From a virus: DNA of 64,000 bases. Of this stretch, positions 28,572 through 37,472 are shown piece after piece. Under the pieces are notes generated by a model. That model was not told the origin of the DNA, did not search any database, and saw nothing but the letters and a program-made list of their open reading frames with translations. Location: the IMG/VR virus record IMGVR_UViG_3300000956_000002, positions 16,253 to 80,252 of that record, one strand, 5' to 3'. The position numbers and the translations under genes are program-made. The number at the start of each line of letters is the position of its first letter. The stretch's first letter is position 1.

Positions 28572-29360
28572 TTATCCTGCGACCAAAAACGGAGTGAGTT
28601 TAACTTCGTTGGCGATCGTGGCCCAAATGGAGCGACGAACATCTTCGAGCAGCGCCGTGCGGCGAATGATCTCGAAATTGAACGTCAACTTTCCTTCGAC
28701 CAGATCGTAACGGAGCCGAATATCCACCAGGCGCGCAGGTTCGCCTTCGAGGATCGGAACTTGAATCTGGAACACTGACGGGATTTCAAGGTCGCCACGT
28801 TGACCGGCCTTGCCGACGGTCGTTTTCTCGTAGGCCAGTGAAACGTCGCCATTCTCCAGTCGAATGCCGCTCTTGAAGTTTGAGCTTTGTTCGGCGTGAA
28901 GCGTCCGCGCGATGTCCAGCATTTCGCCGCCGGATGGGGCCACGAAATCAGCCGTATTGTCCTCGACGAACTCCGCGAACTGCCGCTGATTCATGTTCTG
29001 CTTGTTTCGATCATCCCAGGTTTTCCAGCGGTCGGAATAGGTGACGATGAACTCGGCGCTGTGTTCAGCCCAACGCGGTTCGTCCGGCGTTGGGGCGTCA
29101 ATCAACGCCAATGCGCTGCCGCCGCGGCGAACATGGATCTCCGTGCCAGCGCGCTTGAAGTGGTTCACGTATTCGATGAACGACGCCAAGGCGAGCAGCT
29201 TCATGGCGCGCTTGGTGCGCAGCGGATTCGGCAGGAACTTTTCCAGGTCCTCCACGCGGTTGTCGTGCTTAACGATGACGTACGGGTGGCGTTGAATTTC
29301 ATCACTCGACTTCGCGCGCAGAACCAAATCTTCGAACTTCTCAACAAATGTTTCGTCCAT
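28572..29360 (-). CDS. DUF2303 (YfdQ-like) phage protein
   Basis: SFIEYVNHF..QRQFAEFVEDN..FKSGIRLENG pattern. Confidence 0.75.
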   Translation of the reverse strand: MDETFVEKFEDLVLRAKSSDEIQRHPYVIVKHDNRVEDLEKFLPNPLRTKRAMKLLALASFIEYVNHFKRAGTEIHVRRGGSALALIDAPTPDEPRWAEHSAEFIVTYSDRWKTWDDRNKQNMNQRQFAEFVEDNTADFVAPSGGEMLDIARTLHAEQSSNFKSGIRLENGDVSLAYEKTTVGKAGQRGDLEIPSVFQIQVPILEGEPARLVDIRLRYDLVEGKLTFNFEIIRRTALLEDVRRSIWATIANEVKLTPFLVAG

Positions 29361-29367
29361 AGTTCCT

Positions 29368-29745
29368 TTATTGGTTCACCGCGCGTTGCATCGGTTGTTC
29401 GTTCTGCGCTTCAGCGCCATCAACGACGGCGAACATTTCCGTCTGCTTTGGATCATCGCGCTGGAGCCCGCCATCCTCGGTGTCGAACATTGTCGTCGCC
29501 TTCGGATCGAGTTTGGGAACCTTCGGCTCACAAACAGCCGTGATTTCGATGGCGTCAGCGCTAGGCCGAAGCGTCATCTCAATTTTGAGTTTCCCTTTCT
29601 TGCCGGTTTTCCGAACTTGCTTCACAAGGTCGGCCAATGTCTGGCTCGCTTCCGCGACCAGCGCGCCACGCCGAAGTTCGCAAAGGGTTTTCGCGAACGA
29701 ATTCGACGGAGCAATTTCCGCAGGTGGAGTTTTACTGTTTTTCAT
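29368..29745 (-). CDS. Conserved phage protein usually preceding DUF2303
   Basis: VRKTGKKGKLKI..GGLQRDDPKQ. Confidence 0.65.
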   Translation of the reverse strand: MKNSKTPPAEIAPSNSFAKTLCELRRGALVAEASQTLADLVKQVRKTGKKGKLKIEMTLRPSADAIEITAVCEPKVPKLDPKATTMFDTEDGGLQRDDPKQTEMFAVVDGAEAQNEQPMQRAVNQ

Positions 29746-29819
29746 GTTTTCGAAAGTGACTACGGCTTACGGACCAAAAAGAAATGACTTGCGTAATATA
29801 CGAAACGATGTATCGTAAA

Positions 29820-30023
29820 TTACTTGGATGACGGTTTGCTCATCTCTTTGAGCATGTCCTTCTCATCCTTTGCGACTTGCGTGAGCACAGCACGATCACA
29901 ATACGGCCCGATAGATTCGCCTTTGTGTGCGGCGACAACGGACGCGCGTCGGTGCGTTTCCAGCGCAAGGTTGACTGTGATGTTTGGGTTCTTTCGTTCC
30001 TCAGCAGGGGTGAGCTTTCGCAT
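29820..30023 (-). CDS. Ribbon-helix-helix/Cro-like regulator
   Basis: ITVNLALETHRRA; divergent from the XRE gene. Confidence 0.55.
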   Translation of the reverse strand: MRKLTPAEERKNPNITVNLALETHRRASVVAAHKGESIGPYCDRAVLTQVAKDEKDMLKEMSKPSSK

Positions 30024-30039
30024 ATCGTTAAACGGACTT

Positions 30040-30054
30040 TCCGTAATTTACGGA
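30040..30054. promoter_or_regulatory. Palindromic operator TCCGTAATTTACGGA in the switch region
   Basis: 7-1-7 palindrome between divergent regulators; copies elsewhere in the window. Confidence 0.7.
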
Positions 30055-30093
30055 TTTACGTCAACACCTTTTTGAAGAAAATTTTTTAAGCCT

Positions 30094-30483
30094 ATGCCTG
30101 AAATCAATATAATCCTCAAACATGCCAGAAAATCGCGGGAATTAACGCTCGCACAGGTGTCGAAAGACACCGGAATACCACTCACGACACTGAACAGTTG
30201 GGAGCGCGGGGCGAATTTTCCGCGCGGGAAAAATCGGGAAATCATCGCGGAATACTATAAGATGCCGAAGGAATCGCTCGATTATTCGCTGGTGAACTCA
30301 TCTGGTGGCCGAGAGTTCGATATTGGGCAAATCTCGCAGGCCATGGCTCAATCTGAATACGAGACAAGGCCAGTGATGCTTCATAAGTCTTACTGGAAAA
30401 TGGCGGAAGATGTTCGAAAGAGCGCTGGCGACGTGGATTTCAATGAGATGTTCGCGCGGCTTCTGAAGGCTGAGAGCAAGTAA
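30094..30483 (+). CDS. XRE-family HTH repressor
   Basis: LKHARKSRELTLAQVS..TLNSWERG. Confidence 0.85.
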   Translation: MPEINIILKHARKSRELTLAQVSKDTGIPLTTLNSWERGANFPRGKNREIIAEYYKMPKESLDYSLVNSSGGREFDIGQISQAMAQSEYETRPVMLHKSYWKMAEDVRKSAGDVDFNEMFARLLKAESK

Positions 30484-30582
30484 GTAGGCATTCGGCCACG
30501 CGTTGGATTTTCCAGCAGAAGAAAGTTTCGATTTTCTCTTGCTTCGGAGTTTCCGTAGTATACGATTTACGGAAATTTACGC

Positions 30583-31056
30583 ATGGAGCCAATCAAGCCA
30601 ATAGCACCGCCAGAAAGTAAAGACGGAAAGTTTCTGTGGAGATTTTGGTCGAAAGTCGAAAGGAAAGGTGAATGTTGGACCTGGATAAAGCCGGCGATTA
30701 ACGGCTACGGATATTTTTGGTTTAAAGGGAAATGGATGCTGGCTCACAGGGTTTCGTATTTTCTAAAAACAGGAATTTTCTTAGACGGGCTCGTTCTTGA
30801 TCACTTGTGCAGAAACAGAGCTTGCGTAAATCCAGACCATCTTGAGCCGGTAACTCAGAGGGAAAATGTACTTCGCGGAATTGGGCCGGTCGCTAAGAAC
30901 AACGCTAAAACACACTGCAAGCGAGGACATCTACTCGAAGGGGAAAATCTCATCAGATGCTCTGCGTTGAAGGGGTGGAGGATTTGCAAGAAGTGCGTGG
31001 CGGAGAAGCAGTCAAAAAGATACTTCGAAAAAAAGAAACAAAAGAAACATGCCTGA
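30583..31056 (+). CDS. HNH endonuclease
   Basis: LAHRVSY..LDHLCRNRACVNPDHL; THCKRGH. Confidence 0.9.
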   Translation: MEPIKPIAPPESKDGKFLWRFWSKVERKGECWTWIKPAINGYGYFWFKGKWMLAHRVSYFLKTGIFLDGLVLDHLCRNRACVNPDHLEPVTQRENVLRGIGPVAKNNAKTHCKRGHLLEGENLIRCSALKGWRICKKCVAEKQSKRYFEKKKQKKHA

Positions 31057-32443
31057 AATACTTCAAGACGATCTCGAAACCGATTATCAAAAGTCGCTGG
31101 CCGTCATAGCGGCGGATAAGAAGGCGAGCGTCAAACATCTTCAGCAGCGGCTCAAGTTAAGTTACGGGCGAGCGGCGCAAATCATGGCCAAGCTGGAGCG
31201 GGATGGAATCCTGGCGCCACCGCAAAAAGGCCAGGCCCGTGAGATTTTGTTCGATAAAATCGATGCTTTACTGCTTTCGTCCGCGTCCCCATCCGAGGCT
31301 CCACGTGTTCTAGCCGACGATGGAAAAGTCAGCAATTCGACTCCACCTCAGGTTGATTCCCCTGAGGCACTGACAGGCGCGGACGCTTCTTTAGTGGGCG
31401 GGTGGCGGAATGGAGACGCAGCCCTAGAAAAGCGGGAGGGCACCCCTTCCGCAATCGCCGGAAACGAAACGGGTCGCTCCCAATGCGATACGGCGGTTGA
31501 AAAGGGGTCGCAATCAATTGCAGGTTCGAGTCCTGCCCTGTCCACCAATCCTATCAAGTTGTGCGTCATCGCATACCTGCCGAAGCCCAGCGAAAAATTC
31601 CATACGCTGGCGTTCCTCGAAAACCTGAAGCGCAATCCGCCGGCCCATGACCTCATCACGTTCAGCGATTGCCCGGATTTTGGTGAGTATGGGAAGCCGA
31701 CGGTGCGACTGGATTTGGAAGGCAAAAAATCGATCGAGGAATACTTCCCTGACTTGAAGGAGAAGGTTCACGGATTCGCCAACATTGCTTTCTATCTGGC
31801 CTTTTGCATCGCATGGAAAAACGGCTTCTCCCATTTCTTGTATGCCGAGATGGATTGCAGGTTTAGGAACAGAGGCCCGGATGGTTCGGTCAAGTGGGAC
31901 GAATTTCTCGTCGCTGAATTCCTCGACGCCCAGGACGAAAGGCCGGTCGAACTCGTCGTTGGCGGAACGATGATGGTGGATAATCCGTATCGATCTGACG
32001 CGGAGACAGCGCAACGAACGAAGGAGTTGCTGGCTAAGTGGAATCCGAATCTTACCAGCCGTGCTCCGAAGGAACGCAATAAGCCGATTGCCTGTCGAGC
32101 GCAACGAGGCGTCAAAGACAACACTTCGATGGTTGGCTGCAATGGCGCGGGAGCCGTTTACTCGGTTGCTGGACTTCGGGCGCTCTTTCCGGAAATCAAA
32201 AACTTTTCTGGCGCGACAGGGACCATAGCGACGTTCGCGAAAAACGGTTTGCCGTTCGATTGGGAAATCGCAAAACGACTTTGGTCAAGATACAAGTCCG
32301 CGGCCTTCGATTATGTCGCTCACCTGCCTTCAGAGTTCAGTTCGTTTGGTGACTCTGTTTCAACTGAGGACGAGCGGATGGACATGCTTAGAACGGCAAA
32401 GTGCGTTCTAGTTCATCCCGTTAAATCCCGCATTATTGAATAA
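31049..32443 (+). CDS. FtsK gamma-domain / glycosyltransferase-like fusion
   Basis: N-terminal ASVKHLQQRLKLSYGRAAQIMAKLERDGIL; C-terminal FLYAEMD (DxD-like) and LVHPVK. Confidence 0.6.
   Translation: MPEILQDDLETDYQKSLAVIAADKKASVKHLQQRLKLSYGRAAQIMAKLERDGILAPPQKGQAREILFDKIDALLLSSASPSEAPRVLADDGKVSNSTPPQVDSPEALTGADASLVGGWRNGDAALEKREGTPSAIAGNETGRSQCDTAVEKGSQSIAGSSPALSTNPIKLCVIAYLPKPSEKFHTLAFLENLKRNPPAHDLITFSDCPDFGEYGKPTVRLDLEGKKSIEEYFPDLKEKVHGFANIAFYLAFCIAWKNGFSHFLYAEMDCRFRNRGPDGSVKWDEFLVAEFLDAQDERPVELVVGGTMMVDNPYRSDAETAQRTKELLAKWNPNLTSRAPKERNKPIACRAQRGVKDNTSMVGCNGAGAVYSVAGLRALFPEIKNFSGATGTIATFAKNGLPFDWEIAKRLWSRYKSAAFDYVAHLPSEFSSFGDSVSTEDERMDMLRTAKCVLVHPVKSRIIE
31396..31547 (+). ncRNA. tRNA-like RNA with an enlarged variable arm
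   Basis: Acceptor GGGCGGG/CCTGTCC + A + CCA; Leu-type D arm; T arm GCAGG-TTCGAGT-CCTGC; no canonical anticodon loop. Confidence 0.7.
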
Positions 32444-33234
32444 TGAGCAAAGGATACGTCAGCTACAGACCGGAAGGACGACTTGGCAACGCGCTCTACC
32501 AGGCAAGCGCTGCAATGGCGTATGCGTGGGACCACGGCATGGAGTTTTCGATGCCTACGACCAGCCGTGATCCTAAATGGTGTCCTACTTATCTGCCGCA
32601 TTTGGCAAAGCCAGATTACGATCCGTCGCTGCCGGTGATCATGGTGGAGGAGCGCGGGTATCGGTTCCAAAAACTGCCGTGGGATGACCGCTGGAAAGAT
32701 GGGCACAACATTGTGCTGAACGGATTTTTTCAAAGCCCGAAATACTGGCAGCATCATCGCGATCGGATTTTGGAGTCGTTTGGCTTCCAGTGGCGCAAAA
32801 TGGAAATGTTTTGGTGTGCGGTGCATGTCCGTCGCGGCGATGCGCTTCGTTATCCAGAAAAACATTTGCTCCAAACGAAGGAATGGATCGAAGCGCAGAT
32901 GCGAAAGTTTCCGCATTACAGCTTTCGATTTTTCTCAGACGACTACCCATGGTGCCGCGAGCAATTCGGGCATCGCATCGACTGCTACTTCGATGATTTT
33001 CCGAGGTGCATGGAAGTCGCCGACGACCGTCCCGAAGTTCAAGACCTCGTTGACGCAGCGTGTTGTTCGCATTTGATCGGCAGTTCCTCGACGTTCGCGG
33101 CCTGGATTTATTTCTTAAATCGCAATCCCAACAAGCGCGCAATTTTCCCGAAGGAGTGGCTGAAAACCGGGTGGGAAGGAACGACACAGGAAACGTGGCG
33201 GGACGTGCTTCCAATGGAGGTCGAACGCGCATGA
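32443..33234 (+). CDS. GT11 alpha-1,2-fucosyltransferase-like protein
   Basis: GRLGN; GFFQS; AVHVRRGD; FSDD; SSTF. Confidence 0.85.
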   Translation: MSKGYVSYRPEGRLGNALYQASAAMAYAWDHGMEFSMPTTSRDPKWCPTYLPHLAKPDYDPSLPVIMVEERGYRFQKLPWDDRWKDGHNIVLNGFFQSPKYWQHHRDRILESFGFQWRKMEMFWCAVHVRRGDALRYPEKHLLQTKEWIEAQMRKFPHYSFRFFSDDYPWCREQFGHRIDCYFDDFPRCMEVADDRPEVQDLVDAACCSHLIGSSSTFAAWIYFLNRNPNKRAIFPKEWLKTGWEGTTQETWRDVLPMEVERA

Positions 33235-33350
33235 AATCCAAACCGCAAAAACGCTGCCACGGCTCGCGCCAAAAACATTCGTTCATCGATGGCATTTGCG
33301 AATGGTGTGGCACGACGCGCAAAGAGGCGCGGAAGAGTAGTCGTAAATGA
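33231..33350 (+). CDS. Small Cys/His peptide
   Basis: Coupled at both ends; C..H..CEWC. Confidence 0.4.
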   Translation: MKSKPQKRCHGSRQKHSFIDGICEWCGTTRKEARKSSRK

Positions 33351-34018
33351 AAATTGATCCTGAACAGTTAGTTGAAGCAGGCCAAATGCTCATTGGTTTG
33401 GGCAGGCATATTCAGAGGACGTTTCCCGTCCCGAATGCGGTCGGATCTCAGTATGGCGAATTTGAAGTCCTGCGGAAATTGCTGCCCCACGACAACGGAA
33501 TTTACGTCGATGTGGGCGCTAGCTGGCCTAAAGATTGTTCGAACACCTGGCAGTTTTATGAAATCGGCTGGCGAGGATTATTGGTTGAACCTTTGCCGGA
33601 TTGTTGGCCGGCGATTCTGCATCAACGTCCGGAGGATTACCTCTGCACGACCGCGGCCTCGGACAAAGATGGGTTTGCAACTTTGCATCGTTGCCGGTCG
33701 GTAAGTTCACTCGATTCAACTTGGCGCAACGATAACGACGGGTCGATGCCGGTGATGACGGAACGGCTGGAGACGATTCTGAAGCGCTATAAGGAGGTCG
33801 ATTGGACCAAGACCGATTTGCTGTCGATCGATGTCGAAGGCCACGAATGGGAGGTTCTGAACGGGATTGATTGGGGCACCTTCACGCCAAAGGTGATTAT
33901 CGTGGAATATGCCGATCAAAACGGAAAAGACATTTCCGCAGAGTGGCATCCCATTTTGATGAACCGCTACACCGTTCACGCGGAGAATCGGCTGAATAGG
34001 ATTTACGTGAGAAAATGA
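33347..34018 (+). CDS. FkbM-family methyltransferase
   Basis: YVDVGA; GLLVEP; LLSIDVEGHE. Confidence 0.85.
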   Translation: MKIDPEQLVEAGQMLIGLGRHIQRTFPVPNAVGSQYGEFEVLRKLLPHDNGIYVDVGASWPKDCSNTWQFYEIGWRGLLVEPLPDCWPAILHQRPEDYLCTTAASDKDGFATLHRCRSVSSLDSTWRNDNDGSMPVMTERLETILKRYKEVDWTKTDLLSIDVEGHEWEVLNGIDWGTFTPKVIIVEYADQNGKDISAEWHPILMNRYTVHAENRLNRIYVRK

Positions 34019-34803
34019 GCGACCTCATCGTAGCTTTTTGTCCGACGTTCAGCCGCGCGCACTTACTCGCGCGCGCGATCGCTGCATGGGAGGCGCAAAC
34101 TTATTCCGACCGCCTGTTGATTTGTGTGGATGACTCCGGCCAGTTGGACTCGCAAAAGAGCGATCAAGGAAAATGGGAAATCGTGTCGTTGCCGCGGCGC
34201 TGTCGAAGTCTGTCGGAGAAAAACAATCTCTGCATTTCGCTCGCGCCGGCAGGAGCCAAAAAGTTCATGAAGTTTGACGACGACGACCTGGCTTATCCGT
34301 GGGCGTGTGAAGCGGCCGCTGAAGCGCTCGATCGCGGGATGATTTGCCAGCCAAGGTTCGCGATCGATTACGTCGAGAACGAATGGGTGATCACGCCGAC
34401 TCATTCCCATTCACCAAAGAAGTGCAGCCTCGAAGCGTCGTTCGCGTACCACGGAACTTGGTCATTTACCGAAGAGTTCTACTTGAAGATGCGCGGATAC
34501 GCTCCGATGCTCTATGCTGGCGACGATGGCGAACTCGATAAGCGCCGGCGCGAGATGAAGATTCGCTCTGTCGGTTTGGATAAGCGATACCCGCCTTACT
34601 ACAAATATTTCGCCATGTATCACCGGGCGCATCCTGAAGCGTTGCTTGGTTCACCTGGGCCAATAAGTCAGCGCGGGCCTTCGATGGAAGCCTACATCAA
34701 CACTCCACGCGCGCCTTACATCGGTCGTTTGCCAGAATATAAAGGGCCGCCCATTTGGCTCGATCCGCTGCCGACTAAAACTTTGGAACGGAGGAGATGG
34801 TGA
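34015..34803 (+). CDS. GT2-like (GT-A) glycosyltransferase
   Basis: CPTFSR..QTY..VDDS; FDDDD; GDD. Confidence 0.75.
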   Translation: MSDLIVAFCPTFSRAHLLARAIAAWEAQTYSDRLLICVDDSGQLDSQKSDQGKWEIVSLPRRCRSLSEKNNLCISLAPAGAKKFMKFDDDDLAYPWACEAAAEALDRGMICQPRFAIDYVENEWVITPTHSHSPKKCSLEASFAYHGTWSFTEEFYLKMRGYAPMLYAGDDGELDKRRREMKIRSVGLDKRYPPYYKYFAMYHRAHPEALLGSPGPISQRGPSMEAYINTPRAPYIGRLPEYKGPPIWLDPLPTKTLERRRW

Positions 34804-34807
34804 ATTT

Positions 34808-35377
34808 ATGAAACAAATCTCAAATCGCAACCAACTGGCCGAACTCTTGATCGAACTTGGGCTCACCGGAGAAGCGGCATTTATCGGCTGTGCGGAGTGC
34901 TATTACGAAAGTTATTTCGCCGAACGCTGGCCGGGTCACGCAAATTGGATCGATCCCTGGCGTGTGCTGAATACTCCCGGATTTTCAGGACATGGCGAGG
35001 ACACAGATAAAGGACAAGAGGAACGCTATCACCGTATTCTCGCCAAGGCGCAGAAGTTCAACGGGCGCGTTAAAGTCATTCGGGCGACCAGTGAAGAAGC
35101 GGCGCCGAGGTTTGGGAATGGCACGCTCGATTTCGTCTATATCGACGCCGATCACTCGCTGGATGCGGCTCGGCAGGATATTGCGTTGTGGGCGCCGAAG
35201 GTGAAACGCGGTGGTATCCTGGCGGGTCATGATTACCTCGAAGGGATGCACAACGGCCAACTCTACGGCGTGAAGCAAGCCGTCGCGGAGTTCGCCGCGA
35301 AAAGCAATCTCTCGGTCAACGTGACTCAGGAATCCGATTGGCCAAGCTGGTGGCTGCGGAGGGAGCCAGCACGATGA
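34808..35377 (+). CDS. Class I SAM methyltransferase (Methyltransf_24-like)
   Basis: DFVYIDADH..KVKRGGILAGHDY. Confidence 0.85.
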   Translation: MKQISNRNQLAELLIELGLTGEAAFIGCAECYYESYFAERWPGHANWIDPWRVLNTPGFSGHGEDTDKGQEERYHRILAKAQKFNGRVKVIRATSEEAAPRFGNGTLDFVYIDADHSLDAARQDIALWAPKVKRGGILAGHDYLEGMHNGQLYGVKQAVAEFAAKSNLSVNVTQESDWPSWWLRREPAR

Positions 35378-36063
35378 ACGCACTTATCACGCTCGCGACC
35401 TCGGAGGTATCAGCCATCGCAAAACCATTCATCGAGAACCAACGCGCGTACGCCGACCGATGGGGATATGAATTCATTTGCTACCCGCAGAGGTATATCG
35501 ATTGGGAACATCTCCACCCGTCGTTTTCCAAGGTGCCGCTTATCGACAGGGCGCTGAAGGCGGATTTTGAATATATCGTGTTCGCCGACGCTGATGTGGC
35601 GTTCACGAATTTCCAAAAGGATATTTCGGATATTTTGCGCACGAGGTTGGCAGAACGTCCCGAGCTTTGGTTGGCTGGAAAAGAGCAGCGTAACTGGATT
35701 ACCTGGAAATATATTTGCAATGGTCTGCTGGTTATTCGCAACACGCCAGACGCGCGCGCGTTCATGGATAAGTGGATCGATTATTGCCTCAACGGAACGC
35801 CGAACATTGAACCCGGCAAGCGCGTGATGATGCGCGATCATCCCTGGGAGCAATTCCCATTTGATCAGTTGATTCGCGAGACGCAGTACCACGGGGCATA
35901 CGCTGCGCTGTCGGCGGAGATCGGCGGGTTCTGTCCTGAAATCTGGACAGACGGCGATGAGTGGAAGCCGGGGCATTTGACGATGCACTTCGCTGGGCCT
36001 GCAACCTTCGAACGTCGCGCCCAGGTTTTCAAAGAGAAATATCAACCACTGATCGTTTATTGA
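35374..36063 (+). CDS. GT34-like (GMA12/MNN10) glycosyltransferase
   Basis: YADRWGY; FSKV; FADAD; NGLLVIRN; WEQ; MHFAG. Confidence 0.75.
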   Translation: MNALITLATSEVSAIAKPFIENQRAYADRWGYEFICYPQRYIDWEHLHPSFSKVPLIDRALKADFEYIVFADADVAFTNFQKDISDILRTRLAERPELWLAGKEQRNWITWKYICNGLLVIRNTPDARAFMDKWIDYCLNGTPNIEPGKRVMMRDHPWEQFPFDQLIRETQYHGAYAALSAEIGGFCPEIWTDGDEWKPGHLTMHFAGPATFERRAQVFKEKYQPLIVY

Positions 36064-36064
36064 T

Positions 36065-36718
36065 ATGCTAACTTCCTTCGACGATCTCTTCACGCGATAT
36101 TCCGTCCGCCCGAACGGAATCCTTCACCTTGGCGCTTCGGACGATGGGCGCGAATTGCCGCATTATGCGAAGGCGTGTCCCGGCGGCCCCATTCTACTCG
36201 TCGAGGCCCTGCCTAAAGTCTGCGCGCGACTGGAGAAGAAGCTGACGCATCCTAACATGCGAGCAATTTGCGCGTGCGTCAGTGATAAGGATGGCGAGGA
36301 GCGTGATTTTCACGTGGCCAACAACGCGGGCCAGAGCAGTTCTTTACTGTCGTTTGGAACCCACACTGTTGAGCATCCCAGCGTCCAATTCATCGGCGAC
36401 ACAAAGCTTGTTACGACTCGCGTCGATACGTTGCTAGCGAAAGAACTCGCGGTGATGGCGCAACGTCCGTGGTTCGGAAACATCGATCTTCAGGGGGCCG
36501 AGTTGATGGCGCTTCGGGGGTTCGGACCATTTCTCGAAGCATTCTCATGGCTCTATATCGAAGTGAACAAACGCCCACTCTACCAGGGAGCGCCGATGAT
36601 TGGCGAACTGGATGCGTTTTTAGCACCGCACGGATTTAATCGCCGAGAGACTTGGTGGTTTCAGCATTCGAACGGGCAGGAAGCCGGATGGGGGGATGCT
36701 ATCTGGACACGGAGGTGA
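36065..36718 (+). CDS. FkbM-family methyltransferase
   Basis: ILHLGA; NIDLQGAEL; YIEVN; WGDA. Confidence 0.85.
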   Translation: MLTSFDDLFTRYSVRPNGILHLGASDDGRELPHYAKACPGGPILLVEALPKVCARLEKKLTHPNMRAICACVSDKDGEERDFHVANNAGQSSSLLSFGTHTVEHPSVQFIGDTKLVTTRVDTLLAKELAVMAQRPWFGNIDLQGAELMALRGFGPFLEAFSWLYIEVNKRPLYQGAPMIGELDAFLAPHGFNRRETWWFQHSNGQEAGWGDAIWTRR

Positions 36719-36719
36719 G

Positions 36720-37058
36720 ATGAGAAAACGTCAGGACATCAGGAAAGTGAAGTGGATAATCGTTCCATGGAATAATTCTGTGCGCGAGCTTCTTTACTAC
36801 TGGCAAGTCGATCCTGATGGTCGAGGCTATTGGTATCATCTTTGGTGGGATCGCCGAACATTTTATTGGCTGGCCAAAAAGCACAAGGCTCATGCGGAAG
36901 TGGTGTGTGATTTGTGGTTCTCATTCTCCGGCGCAATCGTTCGAAAACCACGCCTGCACCGTGCGATTCTCTCGAAATACTGGCGGCGCTGCATTCTGGC
37001 GAAGATTCCGAGGGTTGGTTTGTTCCACAAATGTCCCCATTGCAAAGGAGAGTTTTGA
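36720..37058 (+). CDS. Hypothetical protein
   Basis: GGAGG RBS; C-terminal CPHC. Confidence 0.5.
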   Translation: MRKRQDIRKVKWIIVPWNNSVRELLYYWQVDPDGRGYWYHLWWDRRTFYWLAKKHKAHAEVVCDLWFSFSGAIVRKPRLHRAILSKYWRRCILAKIPRVGLFHKCPHCKGEF

Positions 37059-37061
37059 TTT

Positions 37062-37472
37062 ATGGCCAATCGCAAACGCACACGCAAACTTAAGAACACC
37101 GAAATCAAAAACAATCTGCGTGCTTTTTCCGACGCGCATAAGAAGCACAAGCGGGAACGCGAAGAGGCGGAGATGAAGGAGCAGCTTGGCCGCGCGCGAT
37201 TGCTGTACGACGAATTCAAGCGGGCAATGACGGAATCTGGTCCGGCGAAAACGTGGGATGAGATTTTAGTGGCGCTGGAGGCGTTGAAGGACGCGATCAA
37301 AAAGGTGTGCAAGAACAAGTTCGTCCGGAACGCAATGATGCGCGAGGTCAACCTTGCGGAGCATAGATTTCTCACGGTGTATGGACCGAAGTCCAAAACC
37401 GAATTGAAAACGCGAATGAAAATGCCGCATCGCGATGACGTGGATGGCGGTGGTGATCCGAGGAACAATTGA
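37062..37472 (+). CDS. Hypothetical basic protein
   Basis: 136-aa ORF within the operon. Confidence 0.5.
   Translation: MANRKRTRKLKNTEIKNNLRAFSDAHKKHKREREEAEMKEQLGRARLLYDEFKRAMTESGPAKTWDEILVALEALKDAIKKVCKNKFVRNAMMREVNLAEHRFLTVYGPKSKTELKTRMKMPHRDDVDGGGDPRNN

Noticed and set aside
31396-31547. Canonical tRNA-Leu or tmRNA
   Set aside because: No 7-nt anticodon loop with U33; far shorter than tmRNA, with a full D arm and no evident tag ORF. Kept only as tRNA-like.
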